The translations under genes and the position numbers were made by a program. Below the pieces are notes generated by a model that saw only the letters and a list, made by a program, of their open reading frames with translations, was not told the DNA's origin and searched no databases. A stretch of DNA of 64,000 nucleotides from Eutreptiella sp. 'Long Island Sound 2002' (lineage: Eukaryota > Protista > Euglenida): the NCBI GenBank assembly GCA_964036045.1, contig OZ038379.1, positions 40,734,001-40,798,000 on the forward strand, written 5' to 3'. Positions 34,601 to 49,288 of the stretch are shown here, piece after piece. How positions within the stretch are numbered: the stretch's first letter is position 1; each line of letters opens with the position of its first letter.

Positions 34601-37600
34601 GTCTCCCGACCTTCACCCTCTCGTCCCGCCTCTGCACTAGCTAACGGGCCCAGTACCGTCTCCTCACCGGCGGTCCCTCTTGCATCGCGGCAACAGGTGC
34701 ACTCTCCTCGCCCCTTGCCGCCTCTCGACGGCTTGCAGCCAGTGCCTCCTTGAGCAGTAGTCTGATGTCGGCGTGGCGAGCCGTGGCAATCCCCTCCGCC
34801 GCAGGCCTCCCGCGCTCGCTCTTTGCCGCCTCCCGATGGCTGGCAACCAGGGCCTACTCGAGCAGCACGCTAATCTCGGGGTGGGCGGTCGTGGCCATCC
34901 CTTTCACGCCTCGCCTTTACGACTGCAGGGGTCGTCTGACCTAAGTCCCCCTGCATTTGGGGCGTCCTCGTGGCGCCGGCGGTGCGGACGACGCCTGGTG
35001 CGTTAGAGCTGGCTCCCCCTTGGCTGCCAAAGGTGCTTGGGACACGTCCTCCATGGTAGGCCGTTCGCCAGGCACCTGCACTTCCCGCACCTCCGCCTCC
35101 AGGGGAGTTCCGGGCCTCGCCATACGCGCCAGCTACACAGGCCCCCGGTGCATCCCCGGCAAAGGTCATGCTCCCATCCTTAGCACGCGCCCCGGCGTTG
35201 CTAAGGGCTCAGACGCCAATGTAACAGGCACCGCCATGAGGTACGTCGCTTGCACTCCGGGTTGCCCGCCCGTTGGCAGTACTAAAGGCACCGGCTCGGT
35301 GGTGCGCGCCGGCGGCATGCTTTTGGGCATCACATGAGGCGCCGCTGCCACGTGTGGGGGCTGCATTGGCGCAGTTGCAGTGGCGTCAGTCCCACCTGTG
35401 CGGGGTGCAGTGGCATCACGGGCACCTGATGTACCTCCGCCGGAGGTGGTAGTACTTCCGTAGCGTGCGCCTGGTGTGTCCCCGCCGGCGCCGCGTAAGA
35501 CGCCCGTGCCCCGGGCGATGGAGGTACTCCCACCAACAACACGGGGGGCAGTAGCGCGGCTTGAGCCGGCGGCACCCCTCGTGCCACGATAGGGGTTGCC
35601 GCCACCACTTGCGGGGGCTGCACTGGCACGGCTTGCGCTGGCCGCTGTCCCATCGGTGTGCCGTGCACCGCCGCTGCCGGCGCCTCAGGTACTCCCACTG
35701 GCGGGGGCGGCACCACCGCAGCAGCGCGCGCGTGCAACATCCCCACCGGCATTTTGTGGGACACCGGTGTCACAGGCGCCCGAGGTATTCCCATCGTCAC
35801 CACTGGAGGCTCGGTTGTGGCCTGAGCTGGCGGTGTCCCCATTCGTACTGCACGAGGCACCGGCGCCACATACATAGGCAGCACTGGCGCCGCACGTGTT
35901 CCCGCCGGCGCCGCATGGGGAGCAAGCGGCATGTGCGGAGACTGCGCCACATACGCTGCCTGCGGTTCGTGTTGGAAGCTAAGAAACGCATGGTGTTGCA
36001 CATGTTGGTGTACATGGTGGTGGAGGTGGTACGGGAAGGCCAAATGAGCATGGTGGTGGTGAAGGTGGTGGTGCACCACGGCATGCCCCACCGGGTGGTG
36101 GTTGAGGTGATGGTGATGGTGAGGGGCCCCACACGGCATGATTGGTATAGGTGGGGGGCCTAAATGTCGGGGCATCGGGAACAGGTGTGCTCAACGCACT
36201 TCACCCTCCACACCGCCGTTGTTCCTGCCGGTATGCACGCTCCGCGTCCTCCAGCGGCCCATAGTCCACTTGGAGGTGGTGGAGCAGCCAATGGAGGATT
36301 TTCACCCGAAAGGGTACCGTGCCTGCCACAACTGCACCTGCACGTTAGGCACGTCTAGCGGCGGGCGCCGTTGGCGGGGCTAACCAAGTGGTCCCACCCA
36401 CTGTCCCTGGCCGGACGATTGCCGTCCACGCATGCTTGGAAGGCAGCGTGCGACTGTTGCCCGTGTCTGATGAGGTCAATCACGGCGTCTACCACGCGGC
36501 GGGCACGCCGCCGGAGGGTTGACAGCTCCGTGGGTTGGTCGGAATTGGAGGCAGCAACATGGTGCTTACAAACAATGGACGAGCTACGGAGAGCACGAGG
36601 CAAGATGAATATATTAGTACCGCAAACCCGCCCGGTGACTCGGGACTGACATGCTAGCTAGCGAGGGTGTTTGGGGTTACAAGCACTGAGCACAGCATGT
36701 GCATGACAGAGGGCCCGGCCTATTGTCCCACTCCCGTCCCCCAAGAACTGTCTCTGCATTCTCCATTGTGCCCCCGTCCCGCTTTTGTCTTCGTCGGGTG
36801 GGGGGCGCGGTGGGGTGGGGGAAGGGGGGGGGGCAACACTGGTCCCCTTTCCTCGGTGTTTCCCCATGGGGGGGCGGGTGCTTGCACTCCCGAGTAGGCT
36901 GTAACTCTGTTGTACGGGCCGTCCATTTGCACCCGCTTTGTACAAATGGACACGCGTCGTAGCCATGTATGTTGGGTGTCCCCCACATCGGGGTCCATTA
37001 CACTGTGGTTCGCCGAAGGAGCCCTTGCGGGGCAGATGCGAGTCTTACTGTCCGCGATGCACGGTGTGCTGTACCTGCAGCCCCTCGCTGTGCACGAACT
37101 GCAGTACGTGCCGTGGGAAGTGCTCGATTTCAGTCCCATTGGCCACCCCCCCCGGGCCGGTGCCACCACGGGCCGTTGGCCTACAGTCCCGGGGGTATCC
37201 CGCCTTCTTGCGCCTACTCAAATGGGGCCGATACAATCACCGGAGGGGCCCCCTAACCCCTCAGGGGAGGTTCCTTGCCAGCGCCCCGCTTGCTCGGTTC
37301 GTTCCACCAATGCGCCCGTGGTGCTTGCCTCCCCCGGGCCCCCCCCCCCCCCCCTCTGGCACTCCCTCACTTGAGCTGCCTCCTTTCCTGCTCCCCGCCT
37401 TCCCGCCGCACCCTGCCTGGGGTGTGTCCTGCGGCTGCGTGTGGTCTCGGGCTGGGGCGGGGTCACACTTGCGTTGCTTCGTGAGCATGTGACATTCTGT
37501 ACCCCCTTGCGTCGCCCCGCCCCCCCTACTTGGTGCCGCCCTTCTGCCAGGCCTGGCTCGTGGCCGTGGTGCGGGCCATGGGGTTGGGACAATGTCTCGC

Positions 37601-39780
37601 CCGTTGTGAAGCGCGCACTGTGCACGGCAGGTATGGAGTATGACAAGGTACGATACTGAGTCCGGACGCGCATGTAGCGAAGCAATAAGCACGACAATGT
37701 GTAACCGGCCATCGTTGGTCCTACCCACCCCTCGTTGCCTGTTCGCCGGGTTACCTAACCGTCACCAGCGCACGTGCGCTTGCCGCACGTGGATCGTGCC
37801 CGTTGCTGCTGTTTTTTTCGTTTTTTTTGGGGGGGGGGCTGTAAAGGGAAGGGGTTGTGCCGTGTCTTCCACCCCCCACGCGCATTAAGCATTGCACGTT
37901 TGGAATAGGAATAGGTACGGTTTAGGACAGGCAAGTAGCATAGCAGTAAGCAAGACACAGTGTAAACCCTCGGCCTTAGGTTCCCAACGTCCGCTCCGTG
38001 TCGGCCTACCCCTTGGTTGGCTCATGCCGCTTGCGTGCTTTTGCCCGTCTCCAGTGGCATGCGTCGTTCTGTGGTGTCCAGGTTGTGGCAGTGTTGGCCG
38101 TGGGAGTTGCGGGTTTGCGCGCACCGAGCGTAGCACGTAAGGATAAGGGCGGGATATGGGTTGGGTGCAGGTCGCACAAAGAGCGAAGCAATAAACACAA
38201 CAACGCTTTACCCCCATTGCTCTAGGGTGTCCTTCTCCCCTCTTGCTCCGCCTCTTGCTGCCCATCCCCCAAGGCGGCTGTTTTGCACGTGCTTGCGCTC
38301 ACCCGTTTCGGTGGTCCTGCTTTGTCTGGCATCACTGCCCAGGGTGCGTTCGTGTCTATCGTCCCCCCTTCCCGATTTTTTTTCTTTTTTTTGGATAGGG
38401 GGGTCTGCACGGGGGGGGGGGGGGCATCTGGAGCCTCTCGTTCCACCCACGAGCACACACAGCAATGAGCAAGCACTAACCGAGGCAACAGGGTATGCAT
38501 GAGGGCGGGGGGCGGGCGTCAAGTGGGCATCTATATGTCCTATTCACCCATGGGGGTAGACGCCTTGTCTCGGCCGAGTCGCCACTGGCCCTTGCATGCT
38601 CCCTCCTATGCCCATACTTACCGGAGGAGGTAAGTACCAGGGTGGACACGGAAGATGAAGAAGTGCGGGCAGCGGGAAGGACTTACCATACGCCACGAAG
38701 GCTTTTTGCGCCCACCGCCGCCCTGGTCGAGGGGAGGGCCCCTGTGTCGGCACGTAAAAGCCCCGGGGGGGCTGACACCCTGTCCTTTCGCTAGTGCCTG
38801 TGTCTCCACTTCCGTGAGGCCTCATACCGGAGTCTTGGTATCAGCCCACCGGAGGGCGCCTAGAAAGCGGCCGTCCGCTCTCGCCCCCCGGGTCACCGCC
38901 ACCCCCGAGTGCGATGGGGGCCCCTAAGATCCTATGGCAGTGACGCGGTGTGACGGACGGGGTATTTGTGGCATCCCTTGGCCACCTATTTGTACTGCAT
39001 AATCCCTATCGCAAGGGGCCCATCGGATGGCGCCGTAAGTGCCCGACCCCTCTGCGCACTCTCAGTGTAGGGCCCGCCCAAACGGCCAGTGACGCAAGGG
39101 GCCCAACAGATGGCGCCACTGGTACCTGTCGCCTCTGCTTGTCCCCCGGCGCGCCACATACGTTAATCCACATAACGACCACTGCGGCACGGTAGGCCCA
39201 GCGGATGAAGCCGCTGGTGCCCGTCCTCCTCGTGCTCCCACGTTTTCTTCCCAGGTGTTTTCGCACTAACCCCTGCTGCAGTCGCATCATACATGCACAC
39301 ACACCATCATGCACACAGTGCATGTTCATGCCACGGCACACATTTAGCACGACAGGGAGCGCTGCATGGTTCACTCTGGCACCCGGGCCTCTCCTCGGGC
39401 ATCGCGCCCCTATCCTCCCTGCCTGCCCTCCCCTGCCTATCTATCATCAAGCCACTCGGCGTAACAATTAGCACGACACTACCTACCTCTCCCTACCCCT
39501 CTTTGGTTCTCCTTCTTGCTTGCTCCTTTCTCCCTCGTTCTAGCGCTTATGTGCCCTCTGCCTCCGTCCGCCCCTCAACGCGGCACTTAGCGTAGCACTT
39601 AGTGGAACAATAAGCGAGGGAGGCCCTACCGTTTCCTACCCTCTCCCTTTCTCCACCTCTTCTTAGGGCTCCCCTTGCGCCCTGGCCCTGTCTCCCCCTC
39701 TGGCCGCCCTCCCCCTGCCCTCGCGTCTGTACGCGGTTAGCAGAGCACTAAGCGGGGCAATTAGCACGACAGTCACCTCC
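31610..39780 (-). mobile_element. Family C, copy 1: large repeat with a long decayed ORF (N-terminal domain, His-rich tract, Pro/Ala-rich region, helical region, pre-protease region) and ~2.4 kb upstream region
   Basis: 31630-34905 is a direct repeat of 51920-55181; 34906-37320 is a direct repeat of 61577-64000; 35.9-38.7 kb is homologous to 40.6-43.2 kb. Confidence 0.8.
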
Positions 39781-39781
39781 A

Positions 39782-42700
39782 TCACCGCTCATTGTCACCT
39801 TGGGCCGCTATATCAGCTGCCGCCTCTTGAAGGCGGCACGCTGCGGCTGCCAACTGCTTCCACGGGCCCCGCAGGAGCCGCTGCCGCAGGTGGCCGGACC
39901 AAATGTCTCTAGGGCTTGTGCAAGCAGCTCGCTGGTGTCGGGTGGGCCGGCCACGGCCGTCCCTTGTGCCACCGGTGCCGCCTACACCGCTGCCAGAAGC
40001 CCCTTCATGGGGGGCGCGTCTCGGCACTCCGCCGGGGCGGGCGTTGCTCCGTACGCTAGGGCCAGCCCAGCCGTCACCGGCGCTCCTAGCGTTGCGGGCG
40101 CCGGAGGGGGGCCCGTCGATTTTGGCTGGGGGCACTTGTGCAGCTGGCTGCGGCATTGCCTCCCCACAAGCCACATGGCGTGCCGGCGTCGCTCGCGGAG
40201 TTGCCGCAGCCCGTTCCCGAGTCAGTTCTGAGCTGCGACTGCGGTGCTTCAGCGTACCGTGCCCCCACCGGCTCCGCTTGGGGCGTGGGTGCAAGAGGCG
40301 CCCCCGGGGGTAGGTGCGCTTCAGCCGGCAATGTCGGGGGCACAGTTGGAGTTGGCCCGGCCGGTGGCAGTCCTCCCGTAGCAACGGGAGGCGTCCCCTT
40401 GGGGGCGCCCGGATGCGGGTGCCGCGCCGGGCCATGCAACAAATGCTGCATCCCCCCGTACCGCACCGCCGGTGGCACCTGCACCGGCGGCGGCCGTGGT
40501 ACCCCTGGCCCCACCACGGGTGTCGGCGCGGCTTGAGCCGGCGGAGGGGCAGGCGCCGCATCCGCATGTGGCACTCCCCCCGGCGCCCCGGGGGAGCCGG
40601 CATCGCATGCTGCGGCAGCGCTGCGAACACAGCTGGCTGCGGCTGCTGGGGATGTTGCTGAGCCGCTTGCTGGTGCGCATGGTAATGATGATGGAGGTGA
40701 AATGGAAGTGGAACGGCCGGGTGCACCTGGTGGTGGGGGACATGTCGATGCACCGCGGGAAGCCCCATTGGGTGGTGGAACAGGTGATGGTGATGGTGGT
40801 GGTGATGGGCCCCAAACGGAGGGAACGGTTATGGCAGGAGGCCTGGAGGCCAAGGCATCGGGAACAGGTGTGCACCACGCACCGCCTGCCCTTGCCAGCC
40901 CGCCACCGGCCATGCCGGCTGACGCCCGCGCTGCGCATCTTCCAGCTATCCAAATGCCTCTTGCAGATGGCGGGGTAGTTGGTTGAGCAAGTGTACCCCG
41001 AAAGGCGCCGTGCCTGCTCCGAACTGCGCCACAATGTCAGGCGCATTGAACGGGGGGGGGGGGGGGGCGGGCCAACACTTGCCACAGGCAAAGGTCGACG
41101 AAGTGGTCCCACCAGTTGTCCCTGGCCGGAAGATCGGCGTCCACGCGCGCCTAGAAAGCAGCATGCGTGTGCTGCCCGTGTCTAATGACGTCAGACACCG
41201 TGTCTACCACACGCCGGGCACGCCGCCGGAGGGCTGACAACTCCGCGAGATTGGTTGGGACTGGAAGCGACATTATTCCAACGAAGACTAGGTGAGCTAC
41301 GGACAACATGGGCGAGTGGGGAGAGCTAGGATGTCGCAGGCCCGTCCCGTGGTCCAGGACGGACTGTCCCTGGGGTGCGTGCTGCAGCATGCATTGTACA
41401 CGACACTGGGCGTGACATGGTGTTCGTCCCCCGCCCCCTCTTTGGCTCAACTATTTTCTCTCCCCGTTCCCTTCCAATGCCCGCGGCCCCTCCCCGGCGC
41501 TCGGTGCGGGGTCGCCTAGTGGGGAGGGGGGGCGCGGGGGGGGGGGGGTTGACGCCGGCACACGTCCCCCTCCCCCGGTGTTTCCCCCTGGGGGGGCCGA
41601 TGCTTGCACTCCCCGTCAGTGTGTAGCGGTGTTGGACGGGCCGTCCATTTGTACCCGCTTCGTACATATGGACGTGTGTTGTAGCCACGTACTCCGGCCG
41701 TTCCCCACACCGGGGTCCGGTACACTGTGGGTCGCAGGGGAGCCCTTGCGGGACAGGCGTGACGCTTGTCTGCCCCCATGGACGGTGTGCCCTAGTGGCA
41801 GCCCCTCACTGGATACGAACAGCAGTATGTGCCGTGGGGAGTGCTCTGTGTCAAGCCCATTGACCACCCCCCCAGGCTGGTGCCACCATGGGCCGCTGGC
41901 CAACGGTCCCAGGCGTATCCCACCTTATTGCGTGTGCTCAGGTGGGGCCCATACCGTCACCAGGGGGGGGGGCCTAACTCCTGAAGCCGGGTCCCCTGCC
42001 AACGTCCCCCATGGGTTTCTCTAGTCCCGACCCCCCCCCCCTAAGCTGCCGGCTTCTGTCCCTCCGCCCCCTGCCGCTTTGTTTCTCCCGGCTCGTGCCG
42101 CCCCGCTTGCCTAGGGGAGGGTGCTTCCCAGCGATCCGTCACCTCGCCGCCGTTGCTCCCCGTCTCCCCCCTGGTTTGCTTGGTGCTACTTGGGTGTTTG
42201 GTGTGCTACCCGCGGCCCCTCTTCTTCCCATCCGGCACTTGCCCTCGGGCACTCAGGCTCTCTGTCCTGCCCCGGCGTGGCAGCCAGTGGGGACGCCCAC
42301 TGTGCCAGGCAAGGTCCACTTCTGCTCTCCCTGCGCTCCCACACCGGCACGTTGCACGACAGGTTGGGGTTTGGGCTGTGGTTGGGGTTGCGCGTGACGT
42401 GAGCACGGGCAACGCAAGGTACGCAAGGTACGTAGCATTGTGCACGACAACACGCTTGGTCGCTGCCCCCGGGTTCCTGTCCCCCCTCCGCCCCGCCCTG
42501 TCGCCCCCGTCCCTTCCTGCTGCTGTTCTCCTTGCCTGTGGTGTCCCTCTCGGGCGCCTTGGGCGTTGCCTTGGCTGTCTTCTTGGCTGTATGCCGTGTG
42601 TCCCTTGGTGCGTGTTTTTCCTTGCTTGTTCTTTTTTTTTCTGAAGGGGTTGGGGGGCGGAGTGTGCTCTGGAGCCTCCCTACCCGCTAGCACTGTCAGT

Positions 42701-43240
42701 TGAGGACATGCACGGTGCAAAGCAATTGGGTTTGGGTTACATGGCTAGTTTAGGGCATTGGGCGCGCTAGGCACGGTGCATTTTGCGCTACAGCTATGTG
42801 CCTCCGGTGTCTTCCTGCCTCTCTGCTCTGCCTTCCTACCCCGTTTTGCTGTCCCGACGTCCTGCGTCTCCCACTCATGCACCCTAGGTGTCGACCGGCC
42901 TCCCAGGCGCCTCTTTCTCTCCCGACCCGTCTTTGGGGGTCCCGGGGGGGGCGGGGGGGGGGGGGGGTTGGGATGGGGGGGTCTTCCGGTGGTTCTTCTC
43001 GGTACACCAACTTGTTCTCACAGCCCGGAGCGAGCACGATGCGGGCACGATGCGAGCACTACTATGCAGGCAAATTGCAAGGCACAGAGCCCCGCGGCAG
43101 GTTGTGGGAGGGAACCACTTCTTTGGCATATGGCGGTAGTCGCCTTGTCTGGCCCATGCCGTTAGTGTCCCATGCCTTCTCCCTCCTGCGCTGATACTTA
43201 CTGGAGGAGGTATGTATGGAGGCGATCCCGTACGCACGTC
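39782..43240 (-). mobile_element. Family C-related diverged paralog with a shorter ORF, head-to-tail with copy 1
   Basis: MATTHVHMYEAGTNGRPVQ vs MATTRVHLYKAGANGRPVQ; LRRRARRVVD; conserved His-rich tract; different C-terminus, stop at 39782. Confidence 0.75.
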
Positions 43241-43610
43241 AACAAACGGTTTGATGATTGTAAGAAAAAGGGGTATGCGGGTTCTTGGCAACCAATTGAG
43301 GTGAAATGCAAGTAAAGTGGTGCCCTTGAGTTTTGTTGTGCTCCGTCTGCAATTGTTTGACCTACTCACAGAAAACCCGGAATTTTTGCTGAAGGACCTT
43401 GACTTTTGGCCTTCGCACAGGCGTGCCATTGTTTCAAATCAGCCTGAAAGCTTGATTTTTGGATTCTCCGTGTCCAAAATAGGGGGGTCCCATGTTTTCA
43501 CTAGTAGACCCACTGACATCCCTCAGAGATTCCGAAAACGGCCTAAAAACCTCCCACTTTCCATCAAAACCCCACAAACCCCCCCCACCCATGCAAACAC
43601 CCATATATAT

Positions 43611-44800
43611 CCTCTAATCTACAAGCCCCTCCCCAACTCTAGGCGGCTCCAGCACACGGCTCTAAGGTACGTGCAAAAGGTACAACTTGGTGCATACATG
43701 TGGCGGAAAGGGCCAAACTCAGTCAAAACGGGCTCAGAATGAGCTCATTTCACTTGTTTGTGCACCCCCAAGGGTCCGCGATCAGTTTTGGAAAAACGCG
43801 TTTTCGGCCCATTTTTGACCCAGTTTTGGTCCCAAAACGGCCCCTTTTCAAGGCATTGTGGGGTTTTCCATGGGCCAAAAAGCGTCACCACGTGCCCAAA
43901 ATGGGCTACAAACACTTGTTTGAGCATCCTTAATGGTCCATTACCACTTTTGGAAACATGCATGTTTGACATTTTTGACCCGTTTGCGGTCCCATAACGG
44001 CCCATTTTCAAGGCATTTTGGGATTTTCCATGGCCCAAAACGCGTCACCACGGGCTCAAAACGGCCTAAAAACACTTGTTTGAGCATCCCAAGTGGTCCG
44101 GGAACAACTTTGGAAAAAATGATGCTTTTTCGCCCCGGGGACCCCGGTGGACCCACCGTTGGCCCTCACCGTGCGCGGCCCGGGCTGCGATCCGGATCCA
44201 CCAAGTGACCACTTGTACGGGGGTGTAGGTGTCTAGTTGGGCGATTTTGAGGTTTGGAAACCACAAAAAGTGGGGGGTTGCGGGTGGACTAGGTGCCCTC
44301 GGAATTTGATTTTGAGCCATGTAACCCAAGATACGGCTCGTTCTTGGTTTTGGGATTGTTTGACACAACCAGCGCACATTGGGGCGATTTTTAGCCATTT
44401 GTGGGCCGTTTCCCGGACATATCGTGGAGTTAGAGGGCAACAAAGAGCTCATTGTCATGGAGCAGCCGAGGAGCACGTGGAGAGTGGCATCGGCTTCCCT
44501 TCCTTTGGCCGTTTTCACTAGGTTTCGGGGCCGTTTGGGGCCAAAAATGGCTGTTTGGGCACGAAATGCACAGTTTTGGGAGGGCACCTCCTCACTTGGC
44601 GGCCCCGCCCTGGGGCGCCACCAGTGAGTTTTTGGCTCAAAACTTGGATTTGGCAAGGACCCAACCTAGGCTCTAGGATGGCCAGAGTACAGTAGAGCCC
44701 GGAGCGACCAGGCGGAGCAACGGCCAAAACCGTAAGGAGAAGTGCTTGCCGTTGTTGTTGTTGTTGTTGCTTGCTTATCAGCTAGATTTGAGGGTAGAGG

Positions 44801-44802
<2 letters not shown>
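43611..44802 (+). mobile_element. TA-targeted ~1.1-kb non-autonomous element, copy a
   Basis: Starts CCTCTAATCTACAAGCCCC after ATATATAT; internal ~125-bp repeats; (TTG)n; ends AGAGGGG before (TA)n. Confidence 0.8.
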
Positions 44803-44870
<68 letters not shown>

Positions 44871-44873
<3 letters not shown>

Positions 44874-45110
44874 CGCAGATTTGGGGAGGCACCTCCCGAC
44901 TTGGCGCCCCCGCCCCGGGCCGCCACCGGTGATTTTCTGGCTCAAAACTTGGACTTGGCAAGGCCACCACCTAGGCTCCAAGATGGCCACATGGGGGAAA
45001 AATCCAAAGCGTTGGGGCCGAGCAATGGCCAAAACGGCATGGAGACGTGTTGTTGTTGTTGCTTGTTGTTGTTGTTGTTGTTAGCTAAATTTAAGGGGAG
45101 AGGGGTGTAG
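44871..45110 (+). mobile_element. TA-targeted element, copy b (3' fragment)
   Basis: Homologous to the last ~240 bp of the other copies; ends GGGGAGAGGGGTGTAG. Confidence 0.8.
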
Positions 45111-45116
45111 CAATGT

Positions 45117-46703
<1,587 letters not shown>

Positions 46704-46705
<2 letters not shown>

Positions 46706-47731
46706 TCCAATCTACACCCCTCTCCCAACTCTAGGTGGCTCCACCACACAGCTCTAAGGTACGTGCCAAGGGCACAAAGTGGTGCATACATGTGGTGGAA
46801 GGGCCCAAACTCGGTCAAAACGGGCTCAAAACGGGCTAAAAACACTTGTTTGAGCACCCCAAATGGTCCGGGATAACTTTGGGGAAACGCGTTTTTGACC
46901 CATTTTTGACCCATTTTTGGTCCCAAAATGGCCCATTTTCAAGGCATTTTGGGATTTTCCATGGCCCAAAACGCGCCACCACGGGCTCAAAACGGCCTAA
47001 AAACACTTGTTTGAGCATCCCAAGTGGTCTAGGAACAACTTTGGAAAAAATCATTTTTTTCGCCCCGGGGACCCTGGTGGACCCACGGTTGGCCCCCACT
47101 GTGCGTGGGCTGGCCGCCTCTCCGGCTGCACCAAGTGACCACTGGTACGGGGGTCTACGTGTCTCGTTGGGCGATTCTGAGGCTCGGAAACCATAAAAAG
47201 TGTGGGGTTGCGGGTGGACTAGGGGCCCTCGGAATTCGTTTTTGAGCCACGTAGCCCAAGATACGGCCCGTTCTTGGTTTCGGGGTGCTGGTGCACATTG
47301 CGCGGATTTTGGGGCTTTTTGGCACCTTTTTGGGCCGTTTCTCGGACATATCGTGGAGTTAGCGGGCACCAAAGGTCCCTTGGTCACGAGAAAGTCAAGC
47401 CGCACGTGCAGTGTAGCAGCCGTTTGCCTTCGTTTGGCTGTTTTGAACCCTTACTAGGGCTGTTTTGGGCGAAAATTGGCTGTTTTTGGCCAAAAATTGC
47501 GCGGGTTTGGGAGGGCACCTCCCGACTTGGCGCCACCGCCCCAGACCGCCACCGGTGAGTTTTTGGCTCAAAACTTGGATTTGGCAAGGGCACCACCTAG
47601 GCTCCAAGATGGCTACATAGGGACAAGATCCGAAGCGTTGGGACGGAGCAATGGCCAAAACGGCACGGAGACGTGTTGTTGTTGCTTGCTTGTTGTTGTT
47701 GTTAGCTAAATTTAAGGGGAAAGGGGTGTAG
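46704..47731 (+). mobile_element. TA-targeted element, copy d
   Basis: CCTCCAATCTACACCCCTCTCCC ... GGGGAAAGGGGTGTAG|TAATATA. Confidence 0.88.
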
Positions 47732-47809
<78 letters not shown>

Positions 47810-49005
47810 CTACACCCCTCTCCCCTTAAATCTAGCTAACAAGCAAGCAAGCAAGCAACAACAACAACAACACGTCTCCTTGCCGTTTTGGCCATTGCTC
47901 CGTCCCAACGCTTCGGATCATTTGCCCATGTAGCCATCTTGGAGCCTAGGTGGTGGCCTTGCCAAATCCAAGTTTTGAGCCAAAAACTCACCGGTGGCGG
48001 CCCGGGGCGGTGGCGCCAAGTCGGGAGGTGCCCTGCCAAATCTGCGCAGTTTTGGGCCAAAAACAGCCATTTTTCGCCCAAAACAGCCCTAGTAAAGCTT
48101 CAAAACAACCAAACGAAGGCAAATGGCTGCTACACTCCACGTGCGGCTTGACTTTCTCGTGACCAAGGGACCTTTGGTGCCCTCTAACTCCACGATATGT
48201 CTGAGAAACGGCCCAAAAAGGTACCAAAAAGCCCCAAAAACTGCGCAATGTGCACCAGCACCCCGAAACCAAGAACGGGCCGTATCTTGGGCTATGTGGC
48301 TCAAAAACGAATTCCGAGGGCACCTAGTCCACCCGCAACCCCCCACTTTTTATGGTTTCCAAGCCTCAGAATCGCCAAACGAGACACGTAGACCCCCGTA
48401 CCACTGGTCACTTGGTGCAGCCGGAGGGCCGGCCAGCGCAGTCACAGTGGGGGCCAACGGTGCGTCCACCAGGGTCCCCAGGGCGAAAAAAATGATTTTT
48501 TCCAAAGTTGTTCCTAGACCACTTGGGATGCTCAAACAAGTGTTTTTAGGCCGTTTTGAGCCCGTGGTGGCGCGTTTTGGGTCATGGGAAATCCCAAAAT
48601 GCCTTGAAAATGGGCCGTTTTGGGACCAACAATGGGTCAAAAGTGGGTCAAAATTGTGTTTTTCCAAAAGTGATCCTGGACCATTTATGATGCTCAAACA
48701 ACTGGTTTTAGCCCATTTGGAGCCCATGGCGACGGGTTTTGGCTCATGGAAAATCCCAAAATGCCTTGAAAATGGGCCATTTTGGGACCAACAGTGGGTC
48801 AAAAATGGGTCAAAAACGCGTTTTTCCAAAAGTGATCCTGGACCATTTGGGATGCTCAAACAAGTGTTTTTAGCCCGTTTTGAGCCCCTTTTGACCGAGT
48901 TTAGGCCCTTCCACCACATGTATGCACCACTTTGTGCCCTTCGCACGTACCTTAGAGCCGTGTGGTGGAGCCACCTACAGTTGGGAGAGGGGTGTAGACT
49001 GGAGG
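47810..49005 (-). mobile_element. TA-targeted element, copy e (inverted, tail-to-tail with d)
   Basis: TATTA|CTACACCCCTCTCCCC ... GGGAGAGGGGTGTAGACTGGAGG|ATATA. Confidence 0.88.

Positions 49006-49288
<283 letters not shown>

Noticed and set aside
31974-35337. Numerous plus-strand ORFs overlapping family C and the LINEs
   Set aside because: GC-rich antisense shadows with no motifs; the recognisable motifs are all on the minus strand.
38614-38660. ATACTTACC, resembling the 5' end of U1 snRNA (also at 43194)
   Set aside because: No U1 stem-loops or Sm site follow; it is the reverse complement of a GGTAAGTAT splice donor.
38590-38700. HDV-like ribozyme suggested by CCTCCTC in a hairpin loop (minus strand)
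   Set aside because: Could not build P1/P2 of the nested double pseudoknot by eye; the stem is a simple hairpin.
44628-44642. TTTTGGCTCAA, a partial match to the dinoflagellate spliced leader
   Set aside because: Only 11 nt match, inside a repeat family, and the CCGTAGCCA part is missing.
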